Shown here: positions 9,008 through 18,647 of the stretch, piece by piece
Numbering within the stretch: the stretch's first letter is position 1
Layout of the letters: every line of letters starts with the position of its first letter
Source: a virus
Lineage: Duplodnaviria; Caudoviricetes
DNA length: 27,607 nt
Virus record (IMG/VR): IMGVR_UViG_3300024232_000062
Span: 1 to 27,607 of that record
Strand: one strand, 5' to 3'
Notes under the pieces: generated by a model
The model's database searches: none
Told to the model about the DNA's origin: nothing
Seen by the model: the letters and a program-made list of their open reading frames with translations, nothing else
Position numbers and translations under genes: made by a program

Positions 9008-10915
9008 ATGGCAATTAACCCAGATTTACTGATAGCAGCCCCAATGCTACAAGATAGTTTTGTAGACAAAGACGGCACGCCCATGGCTGGCGGCACCATA
9101 ACCTGCTATCAAGATAACAGCAGAACCACATTAAAGAACTGGTATTATCAGTCATCTAACTTTGCTGATGCAAGCGGTAAATACACTTTTTCACCACTTC
9201 CAAATCCTTTGACATTGAGTGCTGCTGGCACCATAACAGACATCAATGGCGTTGATACCATCCCTTTTTTCTATCCCTATAGTGAAATAGACCAAACCCA
9301 AGCGCAGCCTTATTACATAACCATTGTCAATCATGCGCAAACGAACCAAATTACACGACCAAACTTTCCCTATAATCCTCAAGAAAGCAATGTGGACTTG
9401 GAAGGTTCGGTTCAAAACTACATCATCAATAATGTGTTTTGGCGAAATCTTGGTACTGTAAACCTACAAAACATCACACAAAAGATAGTGGCTCCTAGCC
9501 AACACGATGGGTTTAGATATCCTGATTTGCAGTTCCTTAAAACCAATACTTCAGGCCAAGACACTCTAACTTTCACCACATTCCCAGAGAGCACAACACC
9601 AATACTCACAGGCGATATTACACCTGAGTTTTACATTAATCACACATGCAGTAATACGCCAAGCGCTGAAACTCAAAAGTGCTATCAATTCCCCTTGTCC
9701 TTGCATTTAAAGACTTTAAGCAGTGTTCAGTTTACCTGTACCATACAGGCACAAAACGTAGGTGGAACGGGTGTAGGCCAGAATGTAATTAACCTATTCT
9801 TGTTGCAAGATACGGGAACTGGCACCTCATCTCCAGTGCCATTACCCTTTGCAACCATTACATTAAACACAGACTGGACAAAGTACACCTTCACAGGAAC
9901 AACACCTAGCACCTCAGGGTTATCCTTGAGCACGGCTGGAGATGATGCGCTCTATCTTCAAGTTCAGATGCCATTGAACCAAAACTGTTCAATTAACTTT
10001 ACAAAGCCATCAATCTATTTGTCAGCTAATGCACCTAACAATGATTTCTCAACCTATGACCAGATTGATTCAATTATCAGCTCTGCAAGGACAGGTGACG
10101 TGCGTACCAGTATGAATGACTTTTATCCTTATGGATGGGTGCCAATGAATGATGGTACCTTGGTTAATTCTGGCTCTGTAACTCCTCCTACTAGAGTGAA
10201 TATTGCTTTCCAAGGCGTACAGGCGTGGAGTTTGTATAATTTAATTTGGAATAAGTTTAGTGCGTTCACCTTAAATGGCTCACCAATGGTTCCAATATAC
10301 GATAGCACTGGAGCACCGACTACTTATGGCGGCTCAGCTTACGCAGATTGGAACGCATTAAAACAAATTGCAGTATCACAGAATATGGGTAGAGTGATTA
10401 TCGGCACAGCTCCAGTAAGCGCCTTGTCAGCAGCCTATACCACAACCTTCACAGGAGCAGGAACGACAATCACTCCTGCAAATGCAATAAACTTTTTTGT
10501 AGGCATGCCTGTCTATTTCACAGGAACTTCCACCCTTACACCTAACACAATTTATTTTATTGGAACGCTTAGTGGGACTACATTCAAAGTCTATACTACG
10601 TTTGCCAATGCCTTATCACAAACCTCTCCTCAGTCTGTAGATGCTTCAGGCACCTTTGTTATGGCCTTCAACATCTCGACAGAAGGTGAATATAGTCATA
10701 CTCTGTTGTTAAATGAAATGGCACAACATACTCATGATCCTCTAGGTGGAACTGGTTATTGGATGAACTCATCTGGGCAGCCTCAGGGTATGTCTGGAGC
10801 TGCGGCATCTGGACTTTCAGAGCCTACAACAGGAAATATTACAGGATATACTGGTCAAAAATCATTTAATTTGACCCAGCCTGGCGTGTTTATGAACATG
10901 TTCATGAAGCTTTAG
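9008..10915 (+). CDS. Tail fibre/spike with N-terminal virion-anchoring domain and tail collar domain
   Basis: FVDKDGTPMAGGTITCY...NPLTLSAAG anchor motif. Collar motifs TGDVR...GWVPMNDGT, MGRVIIG and GEYSHTLLLNEMAQHTH...FNLTQPGVFMNMFMKL. Confidence 0.75.
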   Translation: MAINPDLLIAAPMLQDSFVDKDGTPMAGGTITCYQDNSRTTLKNWYYQSSNFADASGKYTFSPLPNPLTLSAAGTITDINGVDTIPFFYPYSEIDQTQAQPYYITIVNHAQTNQITRPNFPYNPQESNVDLEGSVQNYIINNVFWRNLGTVNLQNITQKIVAPSQHDGFRYPDLQFLKTNTSGQDTLTFTTFPESTTPILTGDITPEFYINHTCSNTPSAETQKCYQFPLSLHLKTLSSVQFTCTIQAQNVGGTGVGQNVINLFLLQDTGTGTSSPVPLPFATITLNTDWTKYTFTGTTPSTSGLSLSTAGDDALYLQVQMPLNQNCSINFTKPSIYLSANAPNNDFSTYDQIDSIISSARTGDVRTSMNDFYPYGWVPMNDGTLVNSGSVTPPTRVNIAFQGVQAWSLYNLIWNKFSAFTLNGSPMVPIYDSTGAPTTYGGSAYADWNALKQIAVSQNMGRVIIGTAPVSALSAAYTTTFTGAGTTITPANAINFFVGMPVYFTGTSTLTPNTIYFIGTLSGTTFKVYTTFANALSQTSPQSVDASGTFVMAFNISTEGEYSHTLLLNEMAQHTHDPLGGTGYWMNSSGQPQGMSGAAASGLSEPTTGNITGYTGQKSFNLTQPGVFMNMFMKL

Positions 10916-10929
10916 ATATATTGATGTAA

Positions 10930-10954
10930 TCGACACGTCATGATGATATGTCGA
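10930..10954. other. Intergenic hairpin
   Basis: TCGACACGTCA-TGA-TGATATGTCGA, with one mismatch and one G-U pair. Confidence 0.4.
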
Positions 10955-10987
10955 AAAGGATTATAAATTTCAACATAAGGATATGTC

Positions 10988-11341
10988 ATGACCAATTTAC
11001 TCAATTTTGGCAGGGATATGCAAGGTTACAATGCCTATGCTCCCCAAGATGCCCCTTTCAAAAAAAGCGCCACTTTAACGGCTGGTGCTGCGGCAAGTTT
11101 TACTATTCCCTCAAGTTATCCTGTGTGGATTGTAGCGTTCTCTCCTCAACCTGGTGCGAATGTTTGGGTTGATACGACTGGCGCAACTGCTGCCTCTCCT
11201 GTAGGTGCTACATTTGCTACCACAACCTCTAGCTTAAACCCAGGACAAAGAACAGTATTGGGAGGAACAAGCATCAGTTGTATCACGGACAACACCACAG
11301 CGGACATCGGTGTTGAAGCATGGCCAGTAGGACTTCCATAA
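10988..11341 (+). CDS. Small beta-rich virion protein
   Basis: AAGGA RBS, Thr/Ala/Ser-rich, inside the tail cluster. Confidence 0.6.
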   Translation: MTNLLNFGRDMQGYNAYAPQDAPFKKSATLTAGAAASFTIPSSYPVWIVAFSPQPGANVWVDTTGATAASPVGATFATTTSSLNPGQRTVLGGTSISCITDNTTADIGVEAWPVGLP

Positions 11342-11532
11342 TGAAAGAAGACTCACCATATAGTCATGCGTTTAGACTTGATAAGCCTATTAGAATTGCT
11401 AATGATAATATATTTGGCCACATTCCGGCTGGCGAATATAGTCCAACGCCACCGCCTATAGCGTCATTTTTTCTATTATCTGATGGCACGAATTTTTTAT
11501 TGTCGGATGGCATGGACTTTTTACTTTCATAA
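11341..11532 (+). CDS. Small tail adaptor with FLLSDG repeats
   Basis: ATG 11341 overlaps the upstream stop (TAATG). A Pro-rich linker precedes FFLLSDGTNFLLSDGMDFLLS. Confidence 0.55.
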   Translation: MKEDSPYSHAFRLDKPIRIANDNIFGHIPAGEYSPTPPPIASFFLLSDGTNFLLSDGMDFLLS

Positions 11533-11552
11533 GATGAATAAGGATATTCAGA

Positions 11553-12890
11553 ATGTCTAAGAATCTTAATCAGGTCTATATGACCAATCCGATAACCTCC
11601 AATGCGAGCACGGATTTAATGTATTTCATGCAGTCTCCCTATACTGCTGGAACTGATGCTGGGATGACTTACGCGAACTTTGCTGCTCAATTTGGTGCGC
11701 CTTACACAGCAGCAGCATTGACCTCAGGAAATGATACCAACGTGACTTTAACACTGGGTGGAACTCCCACAACGGCTTTACTTCATGCCGCTTCCATAAC
11801 CGCGGGATGGACAGGCCAATTATCGCCAGCTCGTGGTGGTACAGGTGTCAATAATGGTACAAGCACCTTAACTTTAGCAGGAAATCTTGCGACCTCAGGG
11901 GCTTTTGCAAGTACCTTTACAATGACCAATACTACCTCGGTCACCTTCCCTACCTCTGGTACTTTGGCCACTACAAGCCAAATACCTACAGGTGCAGCCC
12001 TTACCAAGGCTGATGATACCAACGTGACTTTGACCTTAGGTGGAAGCCCCACAACCGCATTGGTTAATGCTGCATCGATTACCGCTGGCTGGACTGGCAC
12101 ACTGTCAGGAACCAGGGGTGGTACTGGAGTGAACAACGGGGCAAATACTGCAACATTTGCTGGCAATCTAAACTTTGCCAATGCCTTTACTACATCCGGT
12201 AACTTTGCTGTAACACAGACTTATACCAATACTACAAACGTGACTTTTCCTACGTCAGGAACTTTGGCTACCACCTCTCAATTACCAACGCCTGCTGCCT
12301 TAACGAAAGCGGATGATACGAACGTAACCCTGACACTTGGTGGTACACCTGCAACCGCATTATTGCAAGCTGCCTCCATTACTGCTGGGTGGACAGGTAC
12401 TTTAGCTGTTGGTCGCGGTGGTCTTGGTATTGCAACTACCCCTTCAAATGGTCAAATTCCTATAGGTAATGGTACTAACTATACCGCGGCAACGCTCACA
12501 GCGGGAACTGGGATTTCCATTTCAAATGGTTCTGGTTCCATCACTGTATCATCCTCAGGTATTGGTTCTCTTACCTGGAATGATGTCTCAGGAACCACCC
12601 AGGCCGCAGCGGTAAATAATGGTTATATCATCTCCAATGCCTCACAAACGACTGTGACACTGCCAGCAACGGCAGCTGAAGGTTCGGTTTTTGCGGTACA
12701 AGGAAAAGGGGCTGCTGGTTGGATTTTACAGATGAACACTGGCCAGGTATGTCATTTAGGTAGCTCTGCTTCAAGTTCAGCAGGTAGCTTGACTTCAACG
12801 AATCAATGGGACTCCGTGTCAATAGTGTGCGTGACGGCAAATACAACATTTGCTGTGACCTCAGTTATCGGTAATTTGACAGTAGCGTAA
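11553..12890 (+). CDS. Tail fibre protein with three internal repeats
   Basis: Thr/Gly/Ala-rich with GGTG fibre motifs and a C-terminal beta domain (TVTLPATAAEG...DSVSIVC). Confidence 0.75.
   Translation: MSKNLNQVYMTNPITSNASTDLMYFMQSPYTAGTDAGMTYANFAAQFGAPYTAAALTSGNDTNVTLTLGGTPTTALLHAASITAGWTGQLSPARGGTGVNNGTSTLTLAGNLATSGAFASTFTMTNTTSVTFPTSGTLATTSQIPTGAALTKADDTNVTLTLGGSPTTALVNAASITAGWTGTLSGTRGGTGVNNGANTATFAGNLNFANAFTTSGNFAVTQTYTNTTNVTFPTSGTLATTSQLPTPAALTKADDTNVTLTLGGTPATALLQAASITAGWTGTLAVGRGGLGIATTPSNGQIPIGNGTNYTAATLTAGTGISISNGSGSITVSSSGIGSLTWNDVSGTTQAAAVNNGYIISNASQTTVTLPATAAEGSVFAVQGKGAAGWILQMNTGQVCHLGSSASSSAGSLTSTNQWDSVSIVCVTANTTFAVTSVIGNLTVA
11715..12428 (+). repeat. Three intragenic repeats, period 94-100 aa
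   Basis: ALTxxxDTNVTLTLGGxPxTALxxAASITAGWTGxLxxxRGGxG starts at 11715, 11997 and 12297. Confidence 0.9.
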
Positions 12891-12916
12891 TTAACAATAG
12901 AATATAAGGGATTATT

Positions 12917-13633
12917 ATGGCTATAGAAGAGATGTTTACCTCGTTGCCTACAACGACAAGCGCACAGATGTCGGATATCATTTGCGCTGTACAAGGTTAT
13001 GTAAGTCCGTCAAGCCTTGGGTTGTCTGTGCAAGAAACATTGCAACAAGTTTACAATTTGTTTCAATCAAACATTATTTTATTTAACGCAGGAAATCCTA
13101 ACGGTAGTGTTGCTGGTAGTACATATCAATTGTGCTGGGACACCACCAATATGATTTTGTATGTATGTACGACTTCAGGCACCTCATCAACTGCTGTGTG
13201 GACTAAATCAATACAATTAACTGCTGGTAGTAACATTGCCATATCTCAAGCGGGCAATAACATCACAATTTCTGGTACTGCAATCCCTGGCGTTTCTTGG
13301 ACGAATGTTTCAGGTACGTCACAAGCCATGGTAGCTGATGGTGGTTATGTGGCAGCCAATGCAGGAACGGTGACCTTGACTCTTCCTGTAACCGCAGGAT
13401 TTGGAACCATACTGTACATTGTAGGCCAGGGAAGCGGTGGTGTGGGGGGCTGGACTATTGCCCAAAATAGTGGACAAGATATTCATATAGGCAGCGCTGT
13501 ATCAACCACAGGCGTTGGTGGTAGTGTGTCTTCAACCAATACATTCGATTCTTTAGTATTGCTGTGTACGGTTGCTGATACTACTTGGGTTGCTCTAGGA
13601 GCACCTCAATCTTCTGGATTAACTATTGTATAA
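12917..13633 (+). CDS. Tail fibre/adaptor protein, C-domain paralogous to 11553..12890
   Basis: SWTNVSGTSQAMVADGGY...TLTLP...GWTIAQNSGQ...DSLVLLC aligns with the C-terminus of the upstream fibre. Confidence 0.7.
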   Translation: MAIEEMFTSLPTTTSAQMSDIICAVQGYVSPSSLGLSVQETLQQVYNLFQSNIILFNAGNPNGSVAGSTYQLCWDTTNMILYVCTTSGTSSTAVWTKSIQLTAGSNIAISQAGNNITISGTAIPGVSWTNVSGTSQAMVADGGYVAANAGTVTLTLPVTAGFGTILYIVGQGSGGVGGWTIAQNSGQDIHIGSAVSTTGVGGSVSSTNTFDSLVLLCTVADTTWVALGAPQSSGLTIV

Positions 13634-13644
13634 GGATATTAAAC

Positions 13645-14439
13645 ATGGCAACGAATAACAGCGTTAACACCTCACTCTCAGGACAATCTGGTACTGGATC
13701 TTTTGCAGGAACCACAAGCCCTACTTTCGTAACCCCAGCTCTAGGAACTCCAGCCTCAGGTAACTTATCTAACTGTACGGGCTTTCCTGGAACCATCGTC
13801 CTTTCGACTCAAATCTTCACCTCGGGTTCTGGTACTTATACTCCTACAGCAGGGGCTCGGTATGTCTGGGTTCGCGCTGTCGCTGGAGGTGGACAAGGTG
13901 GTGGTTGTACTTCAGGAAATACCCAGGTAGCCTGTGGAGGCGGTGGTGGTAGTGGTGGTTATGGTGAATTTTGGGAAGCTGCAACCTCACGTGCGTACAG
14001 CGTAGGGGCTGGTGGTACGACTGGAACCGCAGGGAACACTGGACAGGCTGGAGGAAATACAACCTTTGGTACTGCTGGAGCTCAAATGAGCTTAGTTGGT
14101 GGTAGTGGTGGAGCTGCCTCAAATGCTGCGAACCCCAATACACAAGCAGCGGGTGGAGCAGGTGGTGCGTCAACCACGGCTACCTTTAAAGTGGCTGGCA
14201 GCAACGGTCAGACTGGAACTGCAAACACGACCTTTGCTGGTTGGGGTGGTTTTGGTGCCGATTCACCCATAGGAATAGGTGGTGTAAGTGCTGGTATTAT
14301 AACCAACACAAGTGCTAACGGCGGTAACGCTACAGGCTTTGGTGCTGGTGGTGCTGGTGGTGTGTGCTCTGGAACCTCCGGTAGTGCTACTGGTGGCACA
14401 GGCTCAAGTGGCTGTATCGTCATTGTGGAATATGCATAA
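13645..14439 (+). CDS. Glycine-rich tail fibre tip protein
   Basis: AAGGA RBS before ATG 13645. QIFTSGSGTYTPTAG...GGGGGSGGY...GCIVIVEY is the typical phage Gly-rich domain. Confidence 0.75.
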   Translation: MATNNSVNTSLSGQSGTGSFAGTTSPTFVTPALGTPASGNLSNCTGFPGTIVLSTQIFTSGSGTYTPTAGARYVWVRAVAGGGQGGGCTSGNTQVACGGGGGSGGYGEFWEAATSRAYSVGAGGTTGTAGNTGQAGGNTTFGTAGAQMSLVGGSGGAASNAANPNTQAAGGAGGASTTATFKVAGSNGQTGTANTTFAGWGGFGADSPIGIGGVSAGIITNTSANGGNATGFGAGGAGGVCSGTSGSATGGTGSSGCIVIVEYA

Positions 14440-14440
14440 T

Positions 14441-15199
14441 ATGAATATAAACTTACCTATATTGCTATTATTACTATTCTCTCCAGCAAGTTATGCGCAG
14501 TCAGATTTCACTGATTCATTTAATCAATTAGTGTCTGATGCGTGTAACAGCAGTGTTTCACGAACTGTTCATTTGCAACACGGTGATTATTATTTTAGAA
14601 CGCCTCCAAAGTCAATTAATTGTTCTCTTACCTTAGAAGGAGACGGCATAGGTTCAACAAACCTCATCCGCTCCTATCAAGGAAGTACCTTCTTGTATTG
14701 GGTAAGAGGCAATGATCACTCAGGCGGTGCTTTAAAAAACTTAACACTCCTTGCAGATGCAAACACAAATAAGGGTATTGCGGTCATCATTGAGGCCACC
14801 GAGGATGAAACGAACCTTGATAATTCGTTCAACAGACATTCGTTTATTATAAACAATGTTACGATTGGAAGGATTGCTGGTGCCAACACGAGTTGGGATC
14901 ATGGTATTTATCTTGATGGCTCAAAAAATCCTGATGGACGCGTAGGCTTTGCTCCAGGCATTAGAATGACCATGATATCCAATACGACTATCTCTGGAAC
15001 CAATGTATCGCAAATCTATTTAAATAAAGCACGTGGTCCAAATATTCAGGCTGATTGTTTTATCCCCTTAGGAAGCTTCCATGGGATTATGATAGATAAT
15101 GCCACTCAAGGGGTTAAAATCGACTCTCGTTCCTGTCCTTTTAAAGTCTTGGACGGTGCTAGTAATACCATCATGGAAAATGGAGTCTATAAGAAATGA
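14441..15199 (+). CDS. Secreted pectin-lyase-like (beta-helix) protein
   Basis: Signal peptide MNINLPILLLLLFSPASYA, then a VHLQHGDYYF...LTLEGDGIGSTNL cap motif and Asn/Ile-rich beta-helix-like turns. Confidence 0.55.
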   Translation: MNINLPILLLLLFSPASYAQSDFTDSFNQLVSDACNSSVSRTVHLQHGDYYFRTPPKSINCSLTLEGDGIGSTNLIRSYQGSTFLYWVRGNDHSGGALKNLTLLADANTNKGIAVIIEATEDETNLDNSFNRHSFIINNVTIGRIAGANTSWDHGIYLDGSKNPDGRVGFAPGIRMTMISNTTISGTNVSQIYLNKARGPNIQADCFIPLGSFHGIMIDNATQGVKIDSRSCPFKVLDGASNTIMENGVYKK

Positions 15200-15726
15200 C
15201 GCCTGATGATCGTTTTAATCACGCACTTTCCATGGTGTTAGAAAACGAAGGTGGTTATTCCAATGACGAGGACGACCCAGGTGGTGCGACTAATCTTGGC
15301 ATCACGCAAAGGGATTTAGATAAATGGGGTGCTATATTAGGGCTGCCCCATTCTGTCAAAAACCTGACGCATAATGATGCTGCCATCTTCTACAAAAAAG
15401 TATGGTGGGATAAATACAACTACAATGCGATTAATTCACTTGAGATTGCTACGAAGATATTTGATTTAGCGGTCAACATCGGTTCAATTCCCGCAGCACT
15501 AATCCTGCAAAAGTCCCTTCAATGGGCTGGGTATGGTATCGTAGATGATGGCGTGATTGGCGCTAAAACAATTGCCGCAGTGAACGAAATGTGTCTTCAT
15601 GGACGAGAAGACGATTTGCATGTTGAAATTACGGAAGAGGCAACGCATTACTATGAGCACCTCACAGAAGAAAACCCCAAGCTCTACAAATTCCTTAAAG
15701 GATGGCTTAGACGAGCCAAAGAGTAA
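15196..15726 (+). CDS. Endolysin, glycoside hydrolase family 108 with peptidoglycan-binding domain
   Basis: EGGY...DPGGATNLGIT catalytic motif, FDLAVNIG, DGVIGAKT and a C-terminal FLKGWLRR. Confidence 0.92.
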   Translation: MTPDDRFNHALSMVLENEGGYSNDEDDPGGATNLGITQRDLDKWGAILGLPHSVKNLTHNDAAIFYKKVWWDKYNYNAINSLEIATKIFDLAVNIGSIPAALILQKSLQWAGYGIVDDGVIGAKTIAAVNEMCLHGREDDLHVEITEEATHYYEHLTEENPKLYKFLKGWLRRAKE

Positions 15727-15736
15727 ATTAAATTTA

Positions 15737-16072
15737 ATGTTTCCATGGCCGCCAAGTATCAACCATTATTGGAGGCACACGAAAAATGGTCACTACATCA
15801 GCAATGAAGGCAAAGACTATAGACAGCTTGTGCTTTATCAAAGCTTAAAATACCGTGGAGCGTTCACAAAAGAGCACAGACTTTCTGTGTATATAGAAGC
15901 CTATCCTCCAGATAAAAGAAAAAGGGACTTAGATAACGTGCTAAAAAGCTTGCTAGACGCTCTTCAGCACGCAGGGGTATATGCCGATGACTGTCAAATC
16001 GATCTCCTCTCTATCAGCAGAAAATCGCCATTAAATGGCATCGTCAAGATAGAAATCACTGCAATCAATTAA
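15737..16072 (+). CDS. rusA: RusA Holliday junction resolvase (start uncertain; frame open from 15599)
   Basis: PWPPSINHYWR, PPDKRKRDLDNVLKSLLDAL and DDCQI motifs. Confidence 0.9.
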   Translation: MFPWPPSINHYWRHTKNGHYISNEGKDYRQLVLYQSLKYRGAFTKEHRLSVYIEAYPPDKRKRDLDNVLKSLLDALQHAGVYADDCQIDLLSISRKSPLNGIVKIEITAIN

Positions 16073-16476
16073 AACGCTGGGATGTCATCGTCCTCAAAAT
16101 CATATTGACGGCTCTTTTTTTCTTGACTGGGTTTTGACTGACCGTCCGATTTTTTGGATGATGGGATAAACTTAATGTCATTGGCATGTACTGAATAGGC
16201 GTACTGACCTGCCCTATCACCAGACTCTATTTTTTTGTGTTGAATGTCGCCTTGAATATAGACCAAATCACCGACATGAACGTACTTATTGGCTACTTCC
16301 GCAAGCTTGCTAAAGCAGCTCACATTGTGCCAAGTAGTCTGTTCTTGCGCAGTACCAGACTGGTCTTTCCATTTCTTACTTGTAGCAATCGAAAGCGTGG
16401 TTATTTCACCACCGTTTCTTAGCACCTTATTGTCTTTCTTTCCAACACGTCCTAGTAATATTGCCTGGTTTATCAT
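16069..16476 (-). CDS. ssb: Single-stranded DNA-binding protein
   Basis: INQAILLGRVG, SIATSKKWKD...TTWH, GDLVYIQG and the acidic tail DDDIPAF. Confidence 0.95.
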   Translation of the reverse strand: MINQAILLGRVGKKDNKVLRNGGEITTLSIATSKKWKDQSGTAQEQTTWHNVSCFSKLAEVANKYVHVGDLVYIQGDIQHKKIESGDRAGQYAYSVHANDIKFIPSSKKSDGQSKPSQEKKSRQYDFEDDDIPAF

Positions 16477-17405
16477 TATGCTCGCTCCAATTGAGAAATA
16501 AGTTGCTCTGCTTTGTTATTATCCAACTCTTCTACTGCACTAACCCCATAGTAGGCCAATGCTTTCTTGATTCGTTCTTGACTGAAGTTCTTTCGATTGA
16601 ATAGCTCTGCAATAGAAGAAATCTGCTTAGGAGATAGGTGTGATACAGTTCCATCATCTTGTGACGCTGGTACGTCAACAGGTTCATAATCAACATATTC
16701 GATATAATCATCAGCAACCACATGATTATGATTCTCCGCTTCATGCGGCTCTCCTATACCAAGCACATTCTTAAGCTTTTGCGTGTTCGTATTTCCAACA
16801 AGGCGCATGGTACGCTGTTCTTCTTGATTGTTGAACTCTTCCTCGCCATAAGTACCACCCAACAAATCCTGAAAGCAAGCACGAAGACATTGACTCTCAG
16901 CGACTTTCTTAATCATGGTTGCGGGTTTTCCAGTTTGGGAGTTCCATAAACTTTTACCTGTAGAATATTCCTTGATGTCAGCAAAAACATACATCGGTCT
17001 TGATGATTTATGACGCTTGGCTATACAGTAAGCACCAACTAGAGCTCCTCGATTAACGAGTTTGTATTTATGGTTTACTTCCCCATTAACGACCTCAAAC
17101 TCATCATTCTCATAGACCGCATCGCATTGGTGAAAGTCATAATCACTGTGCGCTTGAGCCGCTTTTCTGTAGCCATCACGACCTATAAACACTTGTGCTG
17201 GCGCGCTATCTTGGTACTTCACAGCCCAGATTTCACGAGTGAATGGATTAAGTCGTGATGCCTTACCAAGTCCTACGAAGAACTTAAACTCCATGTCACT
17301 AAGCTTGGGTGCGAACAATTTTCTAATCTCGCCAAGCTTCTTTTCATCATCCCACATCAATAGCTCATTGGTTTGTTCATTAACTGCTGCAAGTGTCGTG
17401 CTCAT
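16476..17405 (-). CDS. bet: Red-beta family single-strand annealing protein
   Basis: LNPFTREIWAVKY, IGRDGYRKAA and PATMIKKVAESQCLR motifs, located between exo and ssb. Confidence 0.88.
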   Translation of the reverse strand: MSTTLAAVNEQTNELLMWDDEKKLGEIRKLFAPKLSDMEFKFFVGLGKASRLNPFTREIWAVKYQDSAPAQVFIGRDGYRKAAQAHSDYDFHQCDAVYENDEFEVVNGEVNHKYKLVNRGALVGAYCIAKRHKSSRPMYVFADIKEYSTGKSLWNSQTGKPATMIKKVAESQCLRACFQDLLGGTYGEEEFNNQEEQRTMRLVGNTNTQKLKNVLGIGEPHEAENHNHVVADDYIEYVDYEPVDVPASQDDGTVSHLSPKQISSIAELFNRKNFSQERIKKALAYYGVSAVEELDNNKAEQLISQLERA

Positions 17406-17578
17406 GATTCTAATTCTCCTCGGCCGTCTTTAAAGCCTCTGATATAACTTTCTGCGTAAAATTCTGCATCATCAGCTGATTTAAATCCTTCCTCGATGTT
17501 AATCATGTCAGAATTTGCCTTGATGTAGACAGTAAATTTGTCGTCAACCTGCGCTATTTCCCACCAATAGTTAATCAT
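17402..17578 (-). CDS. Hypothetical protein (58 aa)
   Basis: ATG at 17578, overlapping both neighbours by 4 nt. Acidic. Confidence 0.6.
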   Translation of the reverse strand: MINYWWEIAQVDDKFTVYIKANSDMINIEEGFKSADDAEFYAESYIRGFKDGRGELES

Positions 17579-17808
17579 AACTCGCCACCATTTCGTATAT
17601 AATGCAGGGCTTCCATAAAACCCCATGCTGCCGCTTCTGCATCTTCTTCGTGCTGGAAACAAGACAAAAAGGACAGTTCTTGTACTTGATTTCTGCCTAG
17701 ATTCTTGCCAATCATAACACCGTATGTGTCATCTTCTTCTTTGTACGCTAACCGATAGACGTAATTGCATTTACACTTTTCCTTCTTAGGAAACTCAACG
17801 ACCTTCAT
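17575..17808 (-). CDS. Hypothetical protein
   Basis: GGAGG RBS, coupled to the exonuclease stop. Confidence 0.65.
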   Translation of the reverse strand: MKVVEFPKKEKCKCNYVYRLAYKEEDDTYGVMIGKNLGRNQVQELSFLSCFQHEEDAEAAAWGFMEALHYIRNGGEL

Positions 17809-18647
17809 TGCAAACCTCCTTTTAATAAAAACGTCCTACTGCCTCTCTTGTTCGCTTTCCAAGATACAATGGGCTTTCCTTCACCATCAACCAAGCACTC
17901 TGCATCTTGCATAAACTGCATGATGTTAAATTTGTACTTCTCTTCTATCTCACTAAGTTGTTTGATTTTAAATCGAGTTTCAGACAGAGTTGTTAATTGT
18001 TCAGCGACCGGTGTGTCAATTGTTTTGATCTTCTCTGGGTCGTGTTTAGGGTACATCAAGCGCAAATCAATTTGATTTATTGGCTCTGGAGGAGTTCTAT
18101 CTTGAACACACTTCCAAAACTTCCTGGCTTCTTCAATGACCTTATTTTCGATAGCCATATCGCGAACATACTTGAACTCTCGGTAGTCATTACCGCCAAT
18201 GAGTACAGCGATATAGGCACAATCTGCATTGGTGACCGCGCAATAGTGGGCTACTTGGACTAAGTATTGGAGTGGGATGACGTCACTGCCGTCTTCTCCC
18301 CATTCATGAGCCATGAAAGAAGAGGAGCATTTGACCTCAAGAATAGCGTTAAGCTCAGGGACAAAACCATCGATATTAGCACGTAAAAAAGTATGAAACG
18401 GGTGGACGAGCGTGTCTGGCGTTTCCACCGTGACGTTATTTCGCTTAGCAAATTCATTGCGTACAATTCCCTCTAGCTGATGACCCCAATATTGTAGCTC
18501 AGTCATGTCATCGGGCTTTGTGAGCTCGCCAATCTTTTCTAAGTAAAGCTGATATGGAGTCTTATAGGAAGACAATCCCATAATAATAGGCATATCAGAA
18601 CCACCAATACCAAGCTTGCGCTCTGCACGTTGTTGTTCAGTAATCAT
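17805..18647 (-). CDS. YqaJ-like (lambda Exo-type) recombination exonuclease
   Basis: RKLGIGGSD, TPYQLYLEK, WGHQLE, ANIDG, LEVK and YLVQVAHY motifs. AGGAG RBS 6 nt before ATG 18647. Confidence 0.92.
   Translation of the reverse strand: MITEQQRAERKLGIGGSDMPIIMGLSSYKTPYQLYLEKIGELTKPDDMTELQYWGHQLEGIVRNEFAKRNNVTVETPDTLVHPFHTFLRANIDGFVPELNAILEVKCSSSFMAHEWGEDGSDVIPLQYLVQVAHYCAVTNADCAYIAVLIGGNDYREFKYVRDMAIENKVIEEARKFWKCVQDRTPPEPINQIDLRLMYPKHDPEKIKTIDTPVAEQLTTLSETRFKIKQLSEIEEKYKFNIMQFMQDAECLVDGEGKPIVSWKANKRGSRTFLLKGGLQ

Noticed and set aside
11715-12428. DGR template/variable repeats
   Set aside because: Differences are mostly synonymous rather than adenine-specific, and there is no reverse transcriptase in the window.
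5640-13640. Recurrent TAAGGAT before many starts as a special regulator site
   Set aside because: Position and spacing fit an ordinary Shine-Dalgarno sequence.
1052-15762. Antisense and alternate-frame ORFs over structural genes (e.g. 1052-1366, 11783-12181, 13844-14173, 15499-15762)
   Set aside because: These are shadows of biased codon usage, with no RBS or recognisable motifs.
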